From assembly GCA_965371715.1 (NCBI GenBank), contig CBDUZN010000002.1:1-45377 (forward strand): a stretch of DNA of 45,377 nt, in the 5' to 3' direction. The notes beneath the pieces are model-generated. The model saw nothing but the letters and a program-made list of their open reading frames with translations, was not told where the DNA came from and made no database searches. The translations under genes and the position numbers were made by a program. The first letter of the stretch is position 1. Each line of letters opens with the position of its first letter. This document shows, piece by piece, positions 1-10,172 of this stretch. Source of the stretch: an uncultured bacterium (GTDB lineage Bacteria; Hydrothermota; 32-111).

Positions 1-477
1 ACTGTAGGCTGTTATAATTCTGCGTTTAGTTCTTGGGATATTCGGCTCTGCATAGGGATCGTATAAGGAATATGTCATATATAAATAATCCGTATCTGGA
101 TCTCTTATAATATTGTTACCATTATTTGGTCCTGTTGCATTCTCCGAATATGACCACATATAGGGTTCTATATTGCTATAATTTGTTAAACATCCACCTT
201 TATAATATGTTAATGATAATATTTTTGTATTATCAATATTTTCATTCTCAAATATTACTTTACCATCTATATCTGTTATTCCTCTGTTTATACTGCCATC
301 GGCATATTCCATATCCACTGTACATCCAGGCATAGGGACTCTATACGAATCAATAGGAGATATTTGCGGTTCTGTTTTTACTGTGATCTCAATATTTGTA
401 TTCTTTAATACAGGTATTTCACTTATATGATCTATATATAATGGATCCCCTATAACAGGTATTTCAAATATCCTCAT
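1..477 (-). CDS. hypothetical protein, N-terminal part only (ORF runs off the left window edge)
   Basis: Absent from the supplied track because no stop is reached. Reverse-strand ATG at 477..475 opens a frame (MRIFEIPVIGDPLYIDH...GITDIDGKVIFENENID...) that stays open for 159 codons to position 1. It begins 17 nt after the stop of the upstream gene. Confidence 0.45.
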   Translation of the reverse strand, partial: MRIFEIPVIGDPLYIDHISEIPVLKNTNIEITVKTEPQISPIDSYRVPMPGCTVDMEYADGSINRGITDIDGKVIFENENIDNTKILSLTYYKGGCLTNYSNIEPYMWSYSENATGPNNGNNIIRDPDTDYLYMTYSLYDPYAEPNIPRTKRRIITAYS

Positions 478-496
478 GGGTCCCAATATACTATCA

Positions 497-2203
497 TTAT
501 CGGAATAATATTTCACTTTGATAGGGTCCTGTATATTTAGTGTTGAAATTGGCTAACCTTAAACTAGCATTCCATATTGTGTCTGTTGCCTTTGTCTGCT
601 GCATTGTTCCTCTATAATAAACAGTATCATTCTGTGATACTTCCACTACAAGATCACCCAATATTTTTATATTATTAAATCTGATCTCAAGATCCTCTGT
701 GTGATTACACAATACATTTTCTGGGCTTGAACTAACTATGCACGGTTTATACATATCATAATAGTATAGTAGGTTTTTTATCCCTGCATAATTGTATTCA
801 TGACATATATTGTATGCTATCTCATAGATCCTTGCATCATATTCACACATTGGTATCCAGAACACCACTTTTTGTCTTCCATAATTGGTATAATATTTAT
901 AGTAAATAGCTTGGCTTGAACTTGAATCATACGATTCCCCTGATATTTGACCACTAATATCATAAATACTATCTTTCTCTTTTAAAACCCACTGATGAAT
1001 AGTATCGACAATCTCCCATTCATAATGCTCAATATCTCCCAAAAACATTCTTCGTGTAAAAGTATTTGCTAATCTTTCCATATCTTCTAAATCAAATATA
1101 GGATAATTTTCTGATATTGATGATTTAAAATAATCATAAATAAATTTATGACTTATTCTTGAATGAGATACATCTTCCGGTCCATAAGCCTCTGATTCAG
1201 GTTCACAATATCTATATTTCCAAAACAATGAATTGGTTTCATCATCTACAAAAATTGTACTATGAAATATTTTTGCTAGTTCATATGCTTTACGCCTATA
1301 TTCATCATCCTGATCTACCTCGTACATTCTTAATAATGCTGAACCCATTGATGCAAAATAATTAATGGATATAGGATTATTTATCTCAATTCTTTCATTA
1401 CACTGATTTCTCCAAAATATTAGATCAATTGATTCGTGAGTTAACCATACATACACCTTATATTCACCATAATTAAGCCATTCATCATTATGAGCATTAA
1501 TGCTTAATGCTATTTCAGATAAATAATTATCTCTTGAAAGAGGATATTCATCCCACAATAAGTCACTATCCAACATTTTTGCAAAGTGAATCATTGGCTG
1601 TATAATATGTGCAGTATGTACTACATAGGGTGCTGCAAAACATTTATCCGGGTATTCCAAATTTATCTTTTCATCCGATAAATTATCAATTGTTCTGCTA
1701 TATCTTCTAATAAAAAATGAATCCAAATCCCATAAATGTTCTCCTTCAGGTAGATCTCCTTTGTAATACCTAGGATTCCTTAAATTACGCCAAAGTGGTA
1801 ATACAATTGAGTCAGTATCGGAATATGATATATCGCTATGATCCAAATATGTTATTACACCTCTATTGTCATCTCTAACCTGAAGTGTTAGATCTATATA
1901 TTTATATGCACTATCCAAATATGCTTTATTTTTTGTTGCTTCATACATCTCAATAAAACAAAGCATGCTCACTCCCAATCCATAACCCATCTTTGATTTG
2001 TCATTCCCAATACCTTCATCAAAGACATTGTTTGCTCCTTCATAAATAGAAGTGCTATTAAATTTATTTATTAAATCACTTTTTCTTAATGTCCCAGCTC
2101 CTCCCTCAAAGGCATTTACATTTATAAGTAAAATCAAAATCCCAATCATTAAAAATAAACTCTTCCTGAAATATACTTTAAATATAATTGAACTATTTAC
2201 CAT
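497..2203 (-). CDS. hypothetical exported protein (568 aa)
   Basis: Long ORF with an N-terminal hydrophobic signal/anchor (LFLMIGILILLINVNA), GGAGG RBS and a consensus promoter upstream. No family recognised by eye. Confidence 0.7.
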   Translation of the reverse strand: MVNSSIIFKVYFRKSLFLMIGILILLINVNAFEGGAGTLRKSDLINKFNSTSIYEGANNVFDEGIGNDKSKMGYGLGVSMLCFIEMYEATKNKAYLDSAYKYIDLTLQVRDDNRGVITYLDHSDISYSDTDSIVLPLWRNLRNPRYYKGDLPEGEHLWDLDSFFIRRYSRTIDNLSDEKINLEYPDKCFAAPYVVHTAHIIQPMIHFAKMLDSDLLWDEYPLSRDNYLSEIALSINAHNDEWLNYGEYKVYVWLTHESIDLIFWRNQCNERIEINNPISINYFASMGSALLRMYEVDQDDEYRRKAYELAKIFHSTIFVDDETNSLFWKYRYCEPESEAYGPEDVSHSRISHKFIYDYFKSSISENYPIFDLEDMERLANTFTRRMFLGDIEHYEWEIVDTIHQWVLKEKDSIYDISGQISGESYDSSSSQAIYYKYYTNYGRQKVVFWIPMCEYDARIYEIAYNICHEYNYAGIKNLLYYYDMYKPCIVSSSPENVLCNHTEDLEIRFNNIKILGDLVVEVSQNDTVYYRGTMQQTKATDTIWNASLRLANFNTKYTGPYQSEILFR

Positions 2204-2250
2204 TCTTCGCCTCCATGATTAAATTTATTAATTTACAATATAATATCTCT

Positions 2251-2279
2251 ATTATATTAATTCTTTTTTTCTTTGTCAA
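2251..2279 (-). promoter_or_regulatory. sigma70-type promoter, TTGACA-17 nt-TATAAT
   Basis: On the minus strand, -35 TTGACA is at 2279..2274 and -10 TATAAT at 2256..2251. This lies about 45 nt upstream of the ATG at 2203, which is preceded by GGAGG. Confidence 0.55.
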
Positions 2280-2432
2280 TATGAAATCATAAATATACAG
2301 TTCTCATAAAAAACAAATATCAGATATGCGGAAAAAGACAAACAATAAAAGAGCTTCTGTTAATTCCACTTTTTTAAAATATATTTTATTTTGGAAAAAG
2401 ACGGGATTGTTAGCGGTAATTAATAATCATCC

Positions 2433-3899
2433 CTAAATCCTGATTGGTGAAACAAATATAACTTTTTCATTCATCATATATACTTCACCGGGCTTACTCT
2501 TTCTTTTTTTTGTAACATATCTTATCTCAGTGTATGACACTGCAACAAGTGATGAATGTTTGCCTGCTGAATAGTATGCTGCAATGCTTGCTGCATATTC
2601 AATATCCTTCTTTTCAGGTTGTCTGCCTCCAGTAACCAAAATAATATGTGAACCATGCTTTTCTCTTGCATGAAAAAATATATCTTTTTTTGAAGCAATT
2701 TTTGTTGTAATCATATCATTCTCAGTTGCACTTCGTCCGGCAATAATCTTAAATCCCCCTGGTGATAGAAATGTTCTGCCAATTCTCTTTTTTTCTTTCT
2801 GCTTTTTTACCTTTTCTTCAACAATCTCCATCTCGCCGTTCTCTACCTTTTCAATCTGTTTAATGATTGCTAATAATTCAGATTGTTTTGATTTTAATCT
2901 TATTCTATTGCTTTCAATCCGTTTATTCACCTTATCCATTTCTTTAAAATATTTTGTCATGTTCCTTTGAGCATTTAATGATCTATCCAATTCAATTATA
3001 AGTTCCTTTTCAGGATTTATTATTGACATAGCAATTAATTGATCTTTTCCTTTTAAATCATTTAAATGCATTTTTATTGTTTCTGCCTTTTCATACAATT
3101 CATCAACAAGTGACTGTTCTTTTTGTATATTCATCATTAATGCAATTTCTTTTTCCAGCTTTTCCTTTTTCCTTATTAGTTTTTCAAACACAATATTAGT
3201 GGATTTCTCAATTTCATTTTCATAATCCCTTTTTCTCAGTTTTTCAATCAATTCAGATATATTCTCTGATGAATCCAAATATGTTTCATTCTCAACAATA
3301 AAGGGAATTATATGATATGTGTTCTTTCTTATATAAGTGTTAAAAATCCGTTTTTTCAATAATTCTTCCGGCATAATATTAAATTTTTCTACATATTCCT
3401 TTTCTTCATTATTGAAATACATTATTATTTCTTTTTCTTCAGGAACAGTATATTTTTTACCCGGCTTTTCCAATACATTTCCTTCACGATTTTTCAAAAA
3501 TGAATATTGATTAATTATTGTATTCTGTTTATCTGTAATATATAGATTAAATTTCCCGGGAATAAATTGAACAAATACTTTAATATCCGCATCTGTAATA
3601 AATTCAATGATCCTATCCAATCCAAACTGCTTTATTTCCAAAACAGTTCTACCCTTTAAAAGAGTAGAGAGTACATCATTAAAACCATGTTTAATCTTTT
3701 TTAATGTTCTTTCAGATATATACATATAGGGACTATTTCTTTTTGTGTGTATAATTATGTGTTGCTCTTTATCTGTTACAATATTCAAGTACTTTTTTTT
3801 ACTTATATAGAAATTCTCTATTCTAAATGGCAATATTTGCTTTAACTCATATTCCTTTAAGTGAAATAAATTTAATGAAGAAAATCTAATTGTCTGCAT
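2433..3899 (-). CDS. rqcH: RqcH / Rqc2-NFACT family ribosome quality-control protein (FbpA-like, DUF814)
   Basis: Central long coiled coil. C-terminal NFACT-R/DUF814-like block reads FKIIAGRSATENDMITTKIASKKDIFFHAREKHGSHIILV. Start placed at ATG 3899 (MQTIRF...) because the track start at 3965 would overlap the upstream gene by 80 nt. Confidence 0.7.
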   Translation of the reverse strand: MQTIRFSSLNLFHLKEYELKQILPFRIENFYISKKKYLNIVTDKEQHIIIHTKRNSPYMYISERTLKKIKHGFNDVLSTLLKGRTVLEIKQFGLDRIIEFITDADIKVFVQFIPGKFNLYITDKQNTIINQYSFLKNREGNVLEKPGKKYTVPEEKEIIMYFNNEEKEYVEKFNIMPEELLKKRIFNTYIRKNTYHIIPFIVENETYLDSSENISELIEKLRKRDYENEIEKSTNIVFEKLIRKKEKLEKEIALMMNIQKEQSLVDELYEKAETIKMHLNDLKGKDQLIAMSIINPEKELIIELDRSLNAQRNMTKYFKEMDKVNKRIESNRIRLKSKQSELLAIIKQIEKVENGEMEIVEEKVKKQKEKKRIGRTFLSPGGFKIIAGRSATENDMITTKIASKKDIFFHAREKHGSHIILVTGGRQPEKKDIEYAASIAAYYSAGKHSSLVAVSYTEIRYVTKKRKSKPGEVYMMNEKVIFVSPIRI

Positions 3900-4941
3900 A
3901 TTTTCTGATAAATTGAATGCATTTAATACCCATATAGCTTGATTTGATTTCCCATGTTGGATCATTTACTATAAGAGTAATAATTGCATAATTTGTTTTC
4001 TTACCTTCATAAATACCCATAAACCAATTATAGAATCCTCCGGGATTTTTCCCATAAAGAGATCCAGTTTTTGCATATGTTTTTTCTGTAATTTGGGGGA
4101 ATTTTATAAACATTTTTTTTGATGTACCTTTCTTAGTTGTTTCAGAAAGTGCTTTCATTACAAAATTATTTGTTGTTTTGCTTATAATCTTCTTTTGTAT
4201 TTTTCTATCTGTCTTATTTATAAATGGAACAATCAAATTTCCATCATTGCCAATTGTCATTGCAATCATAAGTGCGTGAAAAGGTGTTGTATAGGAATAA
4301 TCAAGTCCGGATGTTAATTTTATTAATTCATTATTTCCTTTGATCGAATCAATATATCCCAATTGCATTCCGCTAATTGTTGAATTATTAAATAGGAATT
4401 TTTCAGCATATTCTACAACTGATTCTTTCCCAAGCACCATTCCAATCTCTGCAAAAACAGGATTATTTGACTTTGCCGCTCCCTGAGTAATTGTTGAATA
4501 TATTGCTTTCTGTTTTTTTCTGATACTTAAATAATCCTTTAATTCCGAATACATTGAACCATAGTATTTTATTCTTGAATCAGGTTTATATATGCCTTTT
4601 CCAATTGCGGCAGATAATGGTATGATCTTAAAAAGAGAGGAACATACAAGATTTGAATTAATATATTCTCCTTTAAAATATCCCCTCTTTGAATATTCGG
4701 CAATACCAATAATTTGTCCCGATCTGCAATCAGCAATAATTGCCACTCCATAGGGAACCTTGTGGTTTTTTAGAACAAGTTCCATATCTTCACACATTTC
4801 CTTAATTAGTCCCGTATTCTCATAATTCCCTGTTCTTATTACATAAGCATATTCAGCAGGGGTATCATTTTGAGGTAACATTTCGCTGCATCCGGTTAAT
4901 AATAATATTAATAATATAAATGCAAAAATACTTGTTTTCAT
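3886..4941 (-). CDS. penicillin-binding-protein transpeptidase-like lipoprotein
   Basis: Lipobox LLLTGC. Ordered serine-acyltransferase motifs SxxK (SLFK), SxN (SNN) and KTG (KTGS) occur at typical spacing. Confidence 0.65.
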   Translation of the reverse strand: MKTSIFAFILLILLLTGCSEMLPQNDTPAEYAYVIRTGNYENTGLIKEMCEDMELVLKNHKVPYGVAIIADCRSGQIIGIAEYSKRGYFKGEYINSNLVCSSLFKIIPLSAAIGKGIYKPDSRIKYYGSMYSELKDYLSIRKKQKAIYSTITQGAAKSNNPVFAEIGMVLGKESVVEYAEKFLFNNSTISGMQLGYIDSIKGNNELIKLTSGLDYSYTTPFHALMIAMTIGNDGNLIVPFINKTDRKIQKKIISKTTNNFVMKALSETTKKGTSKKMFIKFPQITEKTYAKTGSLYGKNPGGFYNWFMGIYEGKKTNYAIITLIVNDPTWEIKSSYMGIKCIQFIRKYADN

Positions 4942-4950
4942 AATAAATTC

Positions 4951-4978
4951 ATTATACGACTTTTAATTATCCATACAA
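4951..4978 (-). promoter_or_regulatory. sigma70-type promoter, TTGTAT-16-TATAAT
   Basis: -10 TATAAT at 4956..4951 lies only 9 nt upstream of the ATG at 4941, giving a very short or absent leader. -35 is at 4978..4973. Confidence 0.4.
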
Positions 4979-5015
4979 TATCTTTGTATTTTATTAAAGG
5001 TATAAATCATTCCTA

Positions 5016-5044
5016 TTGACATCATAGCATTTCTTTTTTAGTAT
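5016..5044 (+). promoter_or_regulatory. sigma70-type promoter, TTGACA-17-TAGTAT
   Basis: -35 TTGACA at 5016..5021 and -10 TAGTAT at 5039..5044. AGGAG RBS and the ATG at 5069 follow. It is divergent from the 4941 gene. Confidence 0.45.
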
Positions 5045-5068
5045 TATAATAGTTAAATAGGAGTTATT

Positions 5069-5464
5069 ATGAAATATATTCTAATTGTATTTTTAATGGT
5101 AATATTAATGTTGTCATTAAGTGCTGATCCAGACATTGGCTTATTAAAAGAAACAAATCGCATTTCTTCTTTGATCCCAAAACTGAGTGATAGAACAGAT
5201 TTTTCATTTCAGTCCGGTGTTTTTAGTACAATAAATGAAAATTATACATACTCTGTTTTTCGTGCAGGTTTTCTTAAGGATATTAATCCTAATTGGTCAC
5301 TTAATTATGATGTTAGTTATGCCAATTTCAATTTTAATGAGAATAAGGCATTTGCCGGCATTGGAGTAAATTATCATAATGATAAATTTATGTTCAGTAT
5401 ATATATGAACAAATCATTTGATGCTGATAATTCATTATTTACTAAATTTAATCAAAATTATTAA
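5069..5464 (+). CDS. hypothetical small exported protein
   Basis: Signal peptide (ILIVFLMVILMLSLSA) and AGGAG RBS. Aromatic-rich and beta-strand-like, with a terminal Y. Confidence 0.55.
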   Translation: MKYILIVFLMVILMLSLSADPDIGLLKETNRISSLIPKLSDRTDFSFQSGVFSTINENYTYSVFRAGFLKDINPNWSLNYDVSYANFNFNENKAFAGIGVNYHNDKFMFSIYMNKSFDADNSLFTKFNQNY

Positions 5465-5503
5465 TTAATAAATAGTCAAAATAAATTTAAAAGGAGGATG
5501 GCT

Positions 5504-8500
5504 ATGAAACAAATAATAATACTACTTTTTCTTATAATTTCCATAACAATTTTATCTGCAGCAGATATCAATGTTAATGGATATGTACTTCATCAAAATG
5601 GTTCAACGCAACAGGTTACATTGCCTGATGTTACTATCCCTACGGGTTGGTATCTTGTTGTCGGACGAAGTGCAGATCAAACTACATTTGAATCAGAGTG
5701 GGGTGCATTGCCGGGAAATGCTATTTATTTTAATAGCGGTGGTTCATGCCCTCAAATAAATGGTGCAGAAAATTATTATCTTAGAAATGCATCTGCTGTT
5801 ACTATTGATTCAACCCTGCAGATTCTTGCAGGCGCAAGTACTGCCGAAAGAGATAGTACTAATGTAAATACTTGGACACAATCCGTAAGAACTGATGGCA
5901 CACCTGGAAGTGGGGCTATTGGTGGATTTGATGTAGGGCTTGTTATTAATGAATATTCAGACGCTGTTACATTTAGCAATGAATTTGTTGAGATCTATAA
6001 TGATGGAACAGGTTCTGCTCCTAATGTTGCTCCTGCAGTATCTACTTCACATAATCCCGACCCATTACGGGATAGTGATAATTTATCTATTGTTGCAATA
6101 ATTACAGATGATAGTGGAATAGCAGCAGATACATTATTCGGCAGATTAAATAGTGGAGCATGGAATTCATGGCAACATGATTCAATTGCAGGAAATAATT
6201 ATTATTATACAAATATCGGCACTTTTAGTGAAGGTGATGTTGTTGATTATTTTGTTAGAGCAATTGATGATAGCTCGGCATCTACATATTCCGATACAAC
6301 AAGTATTAATGTTCTTGCTATTCAAACAGGAGATTCCCTTAATATTAATAATTATCAGATAAAACAGTATAGTGCTTCATATACTTATACATTTGGGGAT
6401 ATTACTCTATTTGATGGAGAATATATTGTTATTGGAAGAAATGCTGATAAGGCTGCTTTTGAAACATTTTGGAATGTATCATTGGCTGCTAATGTTATTT
6501 ATATAAATGGAGCAAATTCTGCTCTTTCAATAAATGGAGCAGAAACATTTTCTCTTCATGATGCTACTCCATCTCTTATTGATTCATCAACATCAGCATT
6601 GGTTGGCGGAAACACTGTTGTTAGAGATGCTACAAACCTAAATACATGGACACAATTTGATGATACTACCGGAACTCCCGGAAGCGGGGTTACCGGCGGC
6701 AATGATGCCGGCTTTGTTATTACAGAATATTCCGATGCATCAGGCACTGGTAATTATATTTATGAATTTGTAGAAGTATTCTTTGATGGAAGCGGAACAT
6801 CATCAAATACACCTCCTGTAATGGATTCCACAGCAGCATTGCCAAACTTCTTTGAACCAGGAGATACTGTAACCTTTATACAGTATATGCATGATGATAG
6901 TGAAATTGCTCAAGACACATTCTTTCTTAGAGTCGGAATTGCAGGTTCATGGACAAATATCCAGAAAGATTCTGTTTCAAATCAGGGATACTATTATCCC
7001 ATTGGCACTTTCAATCAATATGATACAATCTACGGTTACACTAAAGCAGTTGATGATAGTAATGCTGTCACCTTATCAGATACGCAATCAACTGTAGTTG
7101 ATTATTATACTCCTATATTTTCAAATAATGAAATAGATCCTGTTATACCTGATGCAGGAACAACAATATATTCTTCAATTGATATTTATGATCTTAATGG
7201 AAATATTGTAGCAGATACACTTCATTTCACTGTAAATGGCGGCTCTGAAAGTACTGTTATAGCCGATGATACAACAGGAACCACTTTCAATTATACTTTC
7301 GGAACATTCGCAGCTGGTGATACTGTTGATTACTATTACAATGCTATTGATAATGATGCCCATTCATCACAATCAGACCCCTATAGTTTTATTGTTATTG
7401 AAACAATAAATAAAGATATAAAAATTAATGAATTTTGCTCAAATGGTCCATCTCTTGGAGATGTAACTACTGAATGGATTGAATTATTCAATGCTGGCTC
7501 ATCAACAGTAGATATTTCAAATTATATAATTTCTGATGAAGAAGGTTCATTCAATATCCCATCCGGAACAACAATTGATGCTAATGACTTTTTCGTTCTT
7601 ATGAATAATACTGATTCATTCAATGTTTATTATACCTTGCCTGGAGGAATTGGCAGTTTTGAATATAAGGATTCATTAACAGGTTCATTTGCTCTTTCCA
7701 ATTCAGGTGACCAGATAATTTTATATAATGCTGATACTATTCAAGTTGATTATGTTAATTATGGCACAGGAACAAACCCCGCACCAAATCCAGGAGATTC
7801 GCTTTCTGCAACAAGAATTCCCGATGGAACAGATACAGATAATTGTACAAATGACTTTTCTATTTCTTCTGAACCATCTCCTGGTTCCGGGACAGTATCA
7901 GGTCCATCTATTTCAGGAATATCAAGAAATCCCATTCTACCCTTAAGCACAGAGGTAGATACAGTAAGAGCAACAGTAACAGATACTGACGGTGTTTTTT
8001 CAGTTGAACTTTTTGTTACATCAAGTAATCCCCCTTCTGTTGATACACTTACTATGAATCCTATTGGTTCAGATATATATGAATGTATAGTCCCTGTACA
8101 TCTTGATGGATGCAAAATAGAATATAACATTTATGCTGTTGATAGTGTTTCAGATAATTCATTTGCCCATGATGTTGGAAGATTCTTCTGGGGTTATACT
8201 TCCATTCCAACAATCAAAGCAATTGATACCAATGGATTCCCTCTCTACTATGATTATCAGATTCGCTCAACCGGTATTGTAACAACTCCATCTAATGTAT
8301 ATTCAACATTTGCTGATATTCTCAATTTCCAGGAGAATTACAGATTAGGTGCCGTTTTGAAAACAGATACAAGTGCAGTTGATGTTGTTCCCGGAGATAG
8401 TATTACTGCAACAGGAACAATAGGTATGTGGAATGGACAAACAAGAATTGAAGATCCCTATTCTGGTTTAATACTACATTCAAGCGGACATGTAATTGAC

Positions 8501-9391
8501 ACAATTTATATTACTGCTGATCAATTAATGGATACAATAGGTGAAGATTATGAAGGCTTACTTGCTCAGATATATTCAGATGGTATATATTCAGGTACAT
8601 GGCCCACGGCAGGAAATAGTGGGGGGTTATGGATGAATAATCATGATCCTGCAGATATTTCAAAAGGTAATATTAGCGATACATTTTATATGTGGATTGA
8701 TGAAGATACGGATATTGACAATAATATAGAACCAACATGGAATGCAAGAGTTATTGGTATTGTTAGTCAATATGATGTTTCATCACCCTACTTTGGCGGA
8801 TATCAAATTATGCCTAGAGCTTATACCGATGTAACTACATCCATAACAGCTATTAAAGATTTCTTTTTAACACTTTCTATTGAACAGAATGGATTAATGT
8901 TAAAATGGAACATTAAAGGCGTAGATAATATCTCAGGATTTAGAGTGGAAAGAAGAGAATCGGGAGAAACAACATATAAAGTATTATCTTCACTCTCACC
9001 AAATACATATTCATTTACAGATAAAAATGTTTCATTTGATAAAATGTATGAATATAGAATCCTTGTAATAACAACAGATGGTAATACCTTAACATATAAG
9101 GAAATTCGCACATCCCTATCAATGCTTATAAAGCAATCATCTGTAAGAATTGATAATAATCCGGTAACAATGGGCACATGGATGCGATTTGTTTCTCCAA
9201 AAGAAACAAATTTAAGAGCATCCCTGTATGATATATCAGGAAGAAATGTTTTAGAAGTAGCAGATGGTATAGTAGGTGCAGGATTTACTAATATATTTGT
9301 TAATACTTCTTCACTTTCATCGGGTATTTATTTTCTAAAAATTGCTTCAATGGATTTTAATAAAACAATTAAGATTAATATTATTAAATAA
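5504..9391 (+). CDS. giant secreted surface protein with lamin-tail-like (LTD) modules, Ig/Fn3-like repeats and a T9SS C-terminal sorting domain
   Basis: Signal peptide present. LTD-like motifs include INEYSDA..FVEIYN, ITEYSDAS..FVEVFF and KINEFCSNG...WIELFNAG...LSNSGDQIILYN. C-terminus reads ...LYDISGRNV...LSSGIYFLKI...KINIIK, typical of T9SS type A sorting domains. GGAGG is spaced correctly for the second ATG (5504). Confidence 0.85.
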   Translation: MKQIIILLFLIISITILSAADINVNGYVLHQNGSTQQVTLPDVTIPTGWYLVVGRSADQTTFESEWGALPGNAIYFNSGGSCPQINGAENYYLRNASAVTIDSTLQILAGASTAERDSTNVNTWTQSVRTDGTPGSGAIGGFDVGLVINEYSDAVTFSNEFVEIYNDGTGSAPNVAPAVSTSHNPDPLRDSDNLSIVAIITDDSGIAADTLFGRLNSGAWNSWQHDSIAGNNYYYTNIGTFSEGDVVDYFVRAIDDSSASTYSDTTSINVLAIQTGDSLNINNYQIKQYSASYTYTFGDITLFDGEYIVIGRNADKAAFETFWNVSLAANVIYINGANSALSINGAETFSLHDATPSLIDSSTSALVGGNTVVRDATNLNTWTQFDDTTGTPGSGVTGGNDAGFVITEYSDASGTGNYIYEFVEVFFDGSGTSSNTPPVMDSTAALPNFFEPGDTVTFIQYMHDDSEIAQDTFFLRVGIAGSWTNIQKDSVSNQGYYYPIGTFNQYDTIYGYTKAVDDSNAVTLSDTQSTVVDYYTPIFSNNEIDPVIPDAGTTIYSSIDIYDLNGNIVADTLHFTVNGGSESTVIADDTTGTTFNYTFGTFAAGDTVDYYYNAIDNDAHSSQSDPYSFIVIETINKDIKINEFCSNGPSLGDVTTEWIELFNAGSSTVDISNYIISDEEGSFNIPSGTTIDANDFFVLMNNTDSFNVYYTLPGGIGSFEYKDSLTGSFALSNSGDQIILYNADTIQVDYVNYGTGTNPAPNPGDSLSATRIPDGTDTDNCTNDFSISSEPSPGSGTVSGPSISGISRNPILPLSTEVDTVRATVTDTDGVFSVELFVTSSNPPSVDTLTMNPIGSDIYECIVPVHLDGCKIEYNIYAVDSVSDNSFAHDVGRFFWGYTSIPTIKAIDTNGFPLYYDYQIRSTGIVTTPSNVYSTFADILNFQENYRLGAVLKTDTSAVDVVPGDSITATGTIGMWNGQTRIEDPYSGLILHSSGHVIDTIYITADQLMDTIGEDYEGLLAQIYSDGIYSGTWPTAGNSGGLWMNNHDPADISKGNISDTFYMWIDEDTDIDNNIEPTWNARVIGIVSQYDVSSPYFGGYQIMPRAYTDVTTSITAIKDFFLTLSIEQNGLMLKWNIKGVDNISGFRVERRESGETTYKVLSSLSPNTYSFTDKNVSFDKMYEYRILVITTDGNTLTYKEIRTSLSMLIKQSSVRIDNNPVTMGTWMRFVSPKETNLRASLYDISGRNVLEVADGIVGAGFTNIFVNTSSLSSGIYFLKIASMDFNKTIKINIIK

Positions 9392-9394
9392 GAT

Positions 9395-9425
9395 AAGGGA
9401 AAGCATGTCTTTCCCTTCCTTTTTT
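9395..9425 (+). terminator. intrinsic terminator
   Basis: AAGGGAAAG-catgt-CTTTCCCTT forms a 9-bp stem followed by CCTTTTTT, 4 nt after the stop at 9391. Confidence 0.7.
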
Positions 9426-9436
9426 AGGAATACAAT

Positions 9437-10156
9437 ATGAAAAAAATTGTTATACTTATTATTATTTTGTTTGCTTTCATAGTTAATGCCTATGATTTAT
9501 CCTTTATTCTCACAGACAATCCGCGTAAAGAGGTTTTTTTCTCTGGTGAATTGGATATGACAAGTTTGGGATTATCTCCTATTTCATCGGGGTTGGATTC
9601 CACAATTTATTCTGGTGTGAATACATATATTGATTATAGGGCATTATTGCCATTTGGTATTGAGTTTAAGATTTTTTATGATACAAATAATAAAAAAATC
9701 GGACTTGGTTCAGCATTTAATTATATGATTCCTCTAATGCCTATTTCCTCAAGAACATATGTTGAATACAGAAATACAAGAAATACAAATATTGCTCAAC
9801 ATTCATTTTCAGCAGGTCAGATCATTATGATTGATCTTATTAGCATTATTAAGGCATATTATGAAATTGCTTATGAATCAAACCTTAAAGATGGTTTTAT
9901 GAAAGCAGGGGCAATGATTGCTGTTCCATTTGAAATAATGTATTTTGAAAAATTGGCTATTATTTTTGAAGACGAATTCTTTACTTTCACAAATGGAATG
10001 CAGAACAAATTTCTTACAGGTATCTGTATGACAACATGGGGACATCAATTTTCCTTTACATTATCTCGTTTTAATACATATTTTCCCTACGAATATTCAG
10101 GTTTAGATAATGAGTTTTATTTTGGATTTAATATAAAAAGGAATTTTGATTTTTAG
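9437..10156 (+). CDS. hypothetical exported protein (possible outer-membrane beta-barrel)
   Basis: Signal peptide (ILIIILFAFIVNA), alternating aromatic/hydrophilic strands and a C-terminal F. Confidence 0.55.
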   Translation: MKKIVILIIILFAFIVNAYDLSFILTDNPRKEVFFSGELDMTSLGLSPISSGLDSTIYSGVNTYIDYRALLPFGIEFKIFYDTNNKKIGLGSAFNYMIPLMPISSRTYVEYRNTRNTNIAQHSFSAGQIIMIDLISIIKAYYEIAYESNLKDGFMKAGAMIAVPFEIMYFEKLAIIFEDEFFTFTNGMQNKFLTGICMTTWGHQFSFTLSRFNTYFPYEYSGLDNEFYFGFNIKRNFDF

Positions 10157-10172
10157 AATAGTATTATTTATT

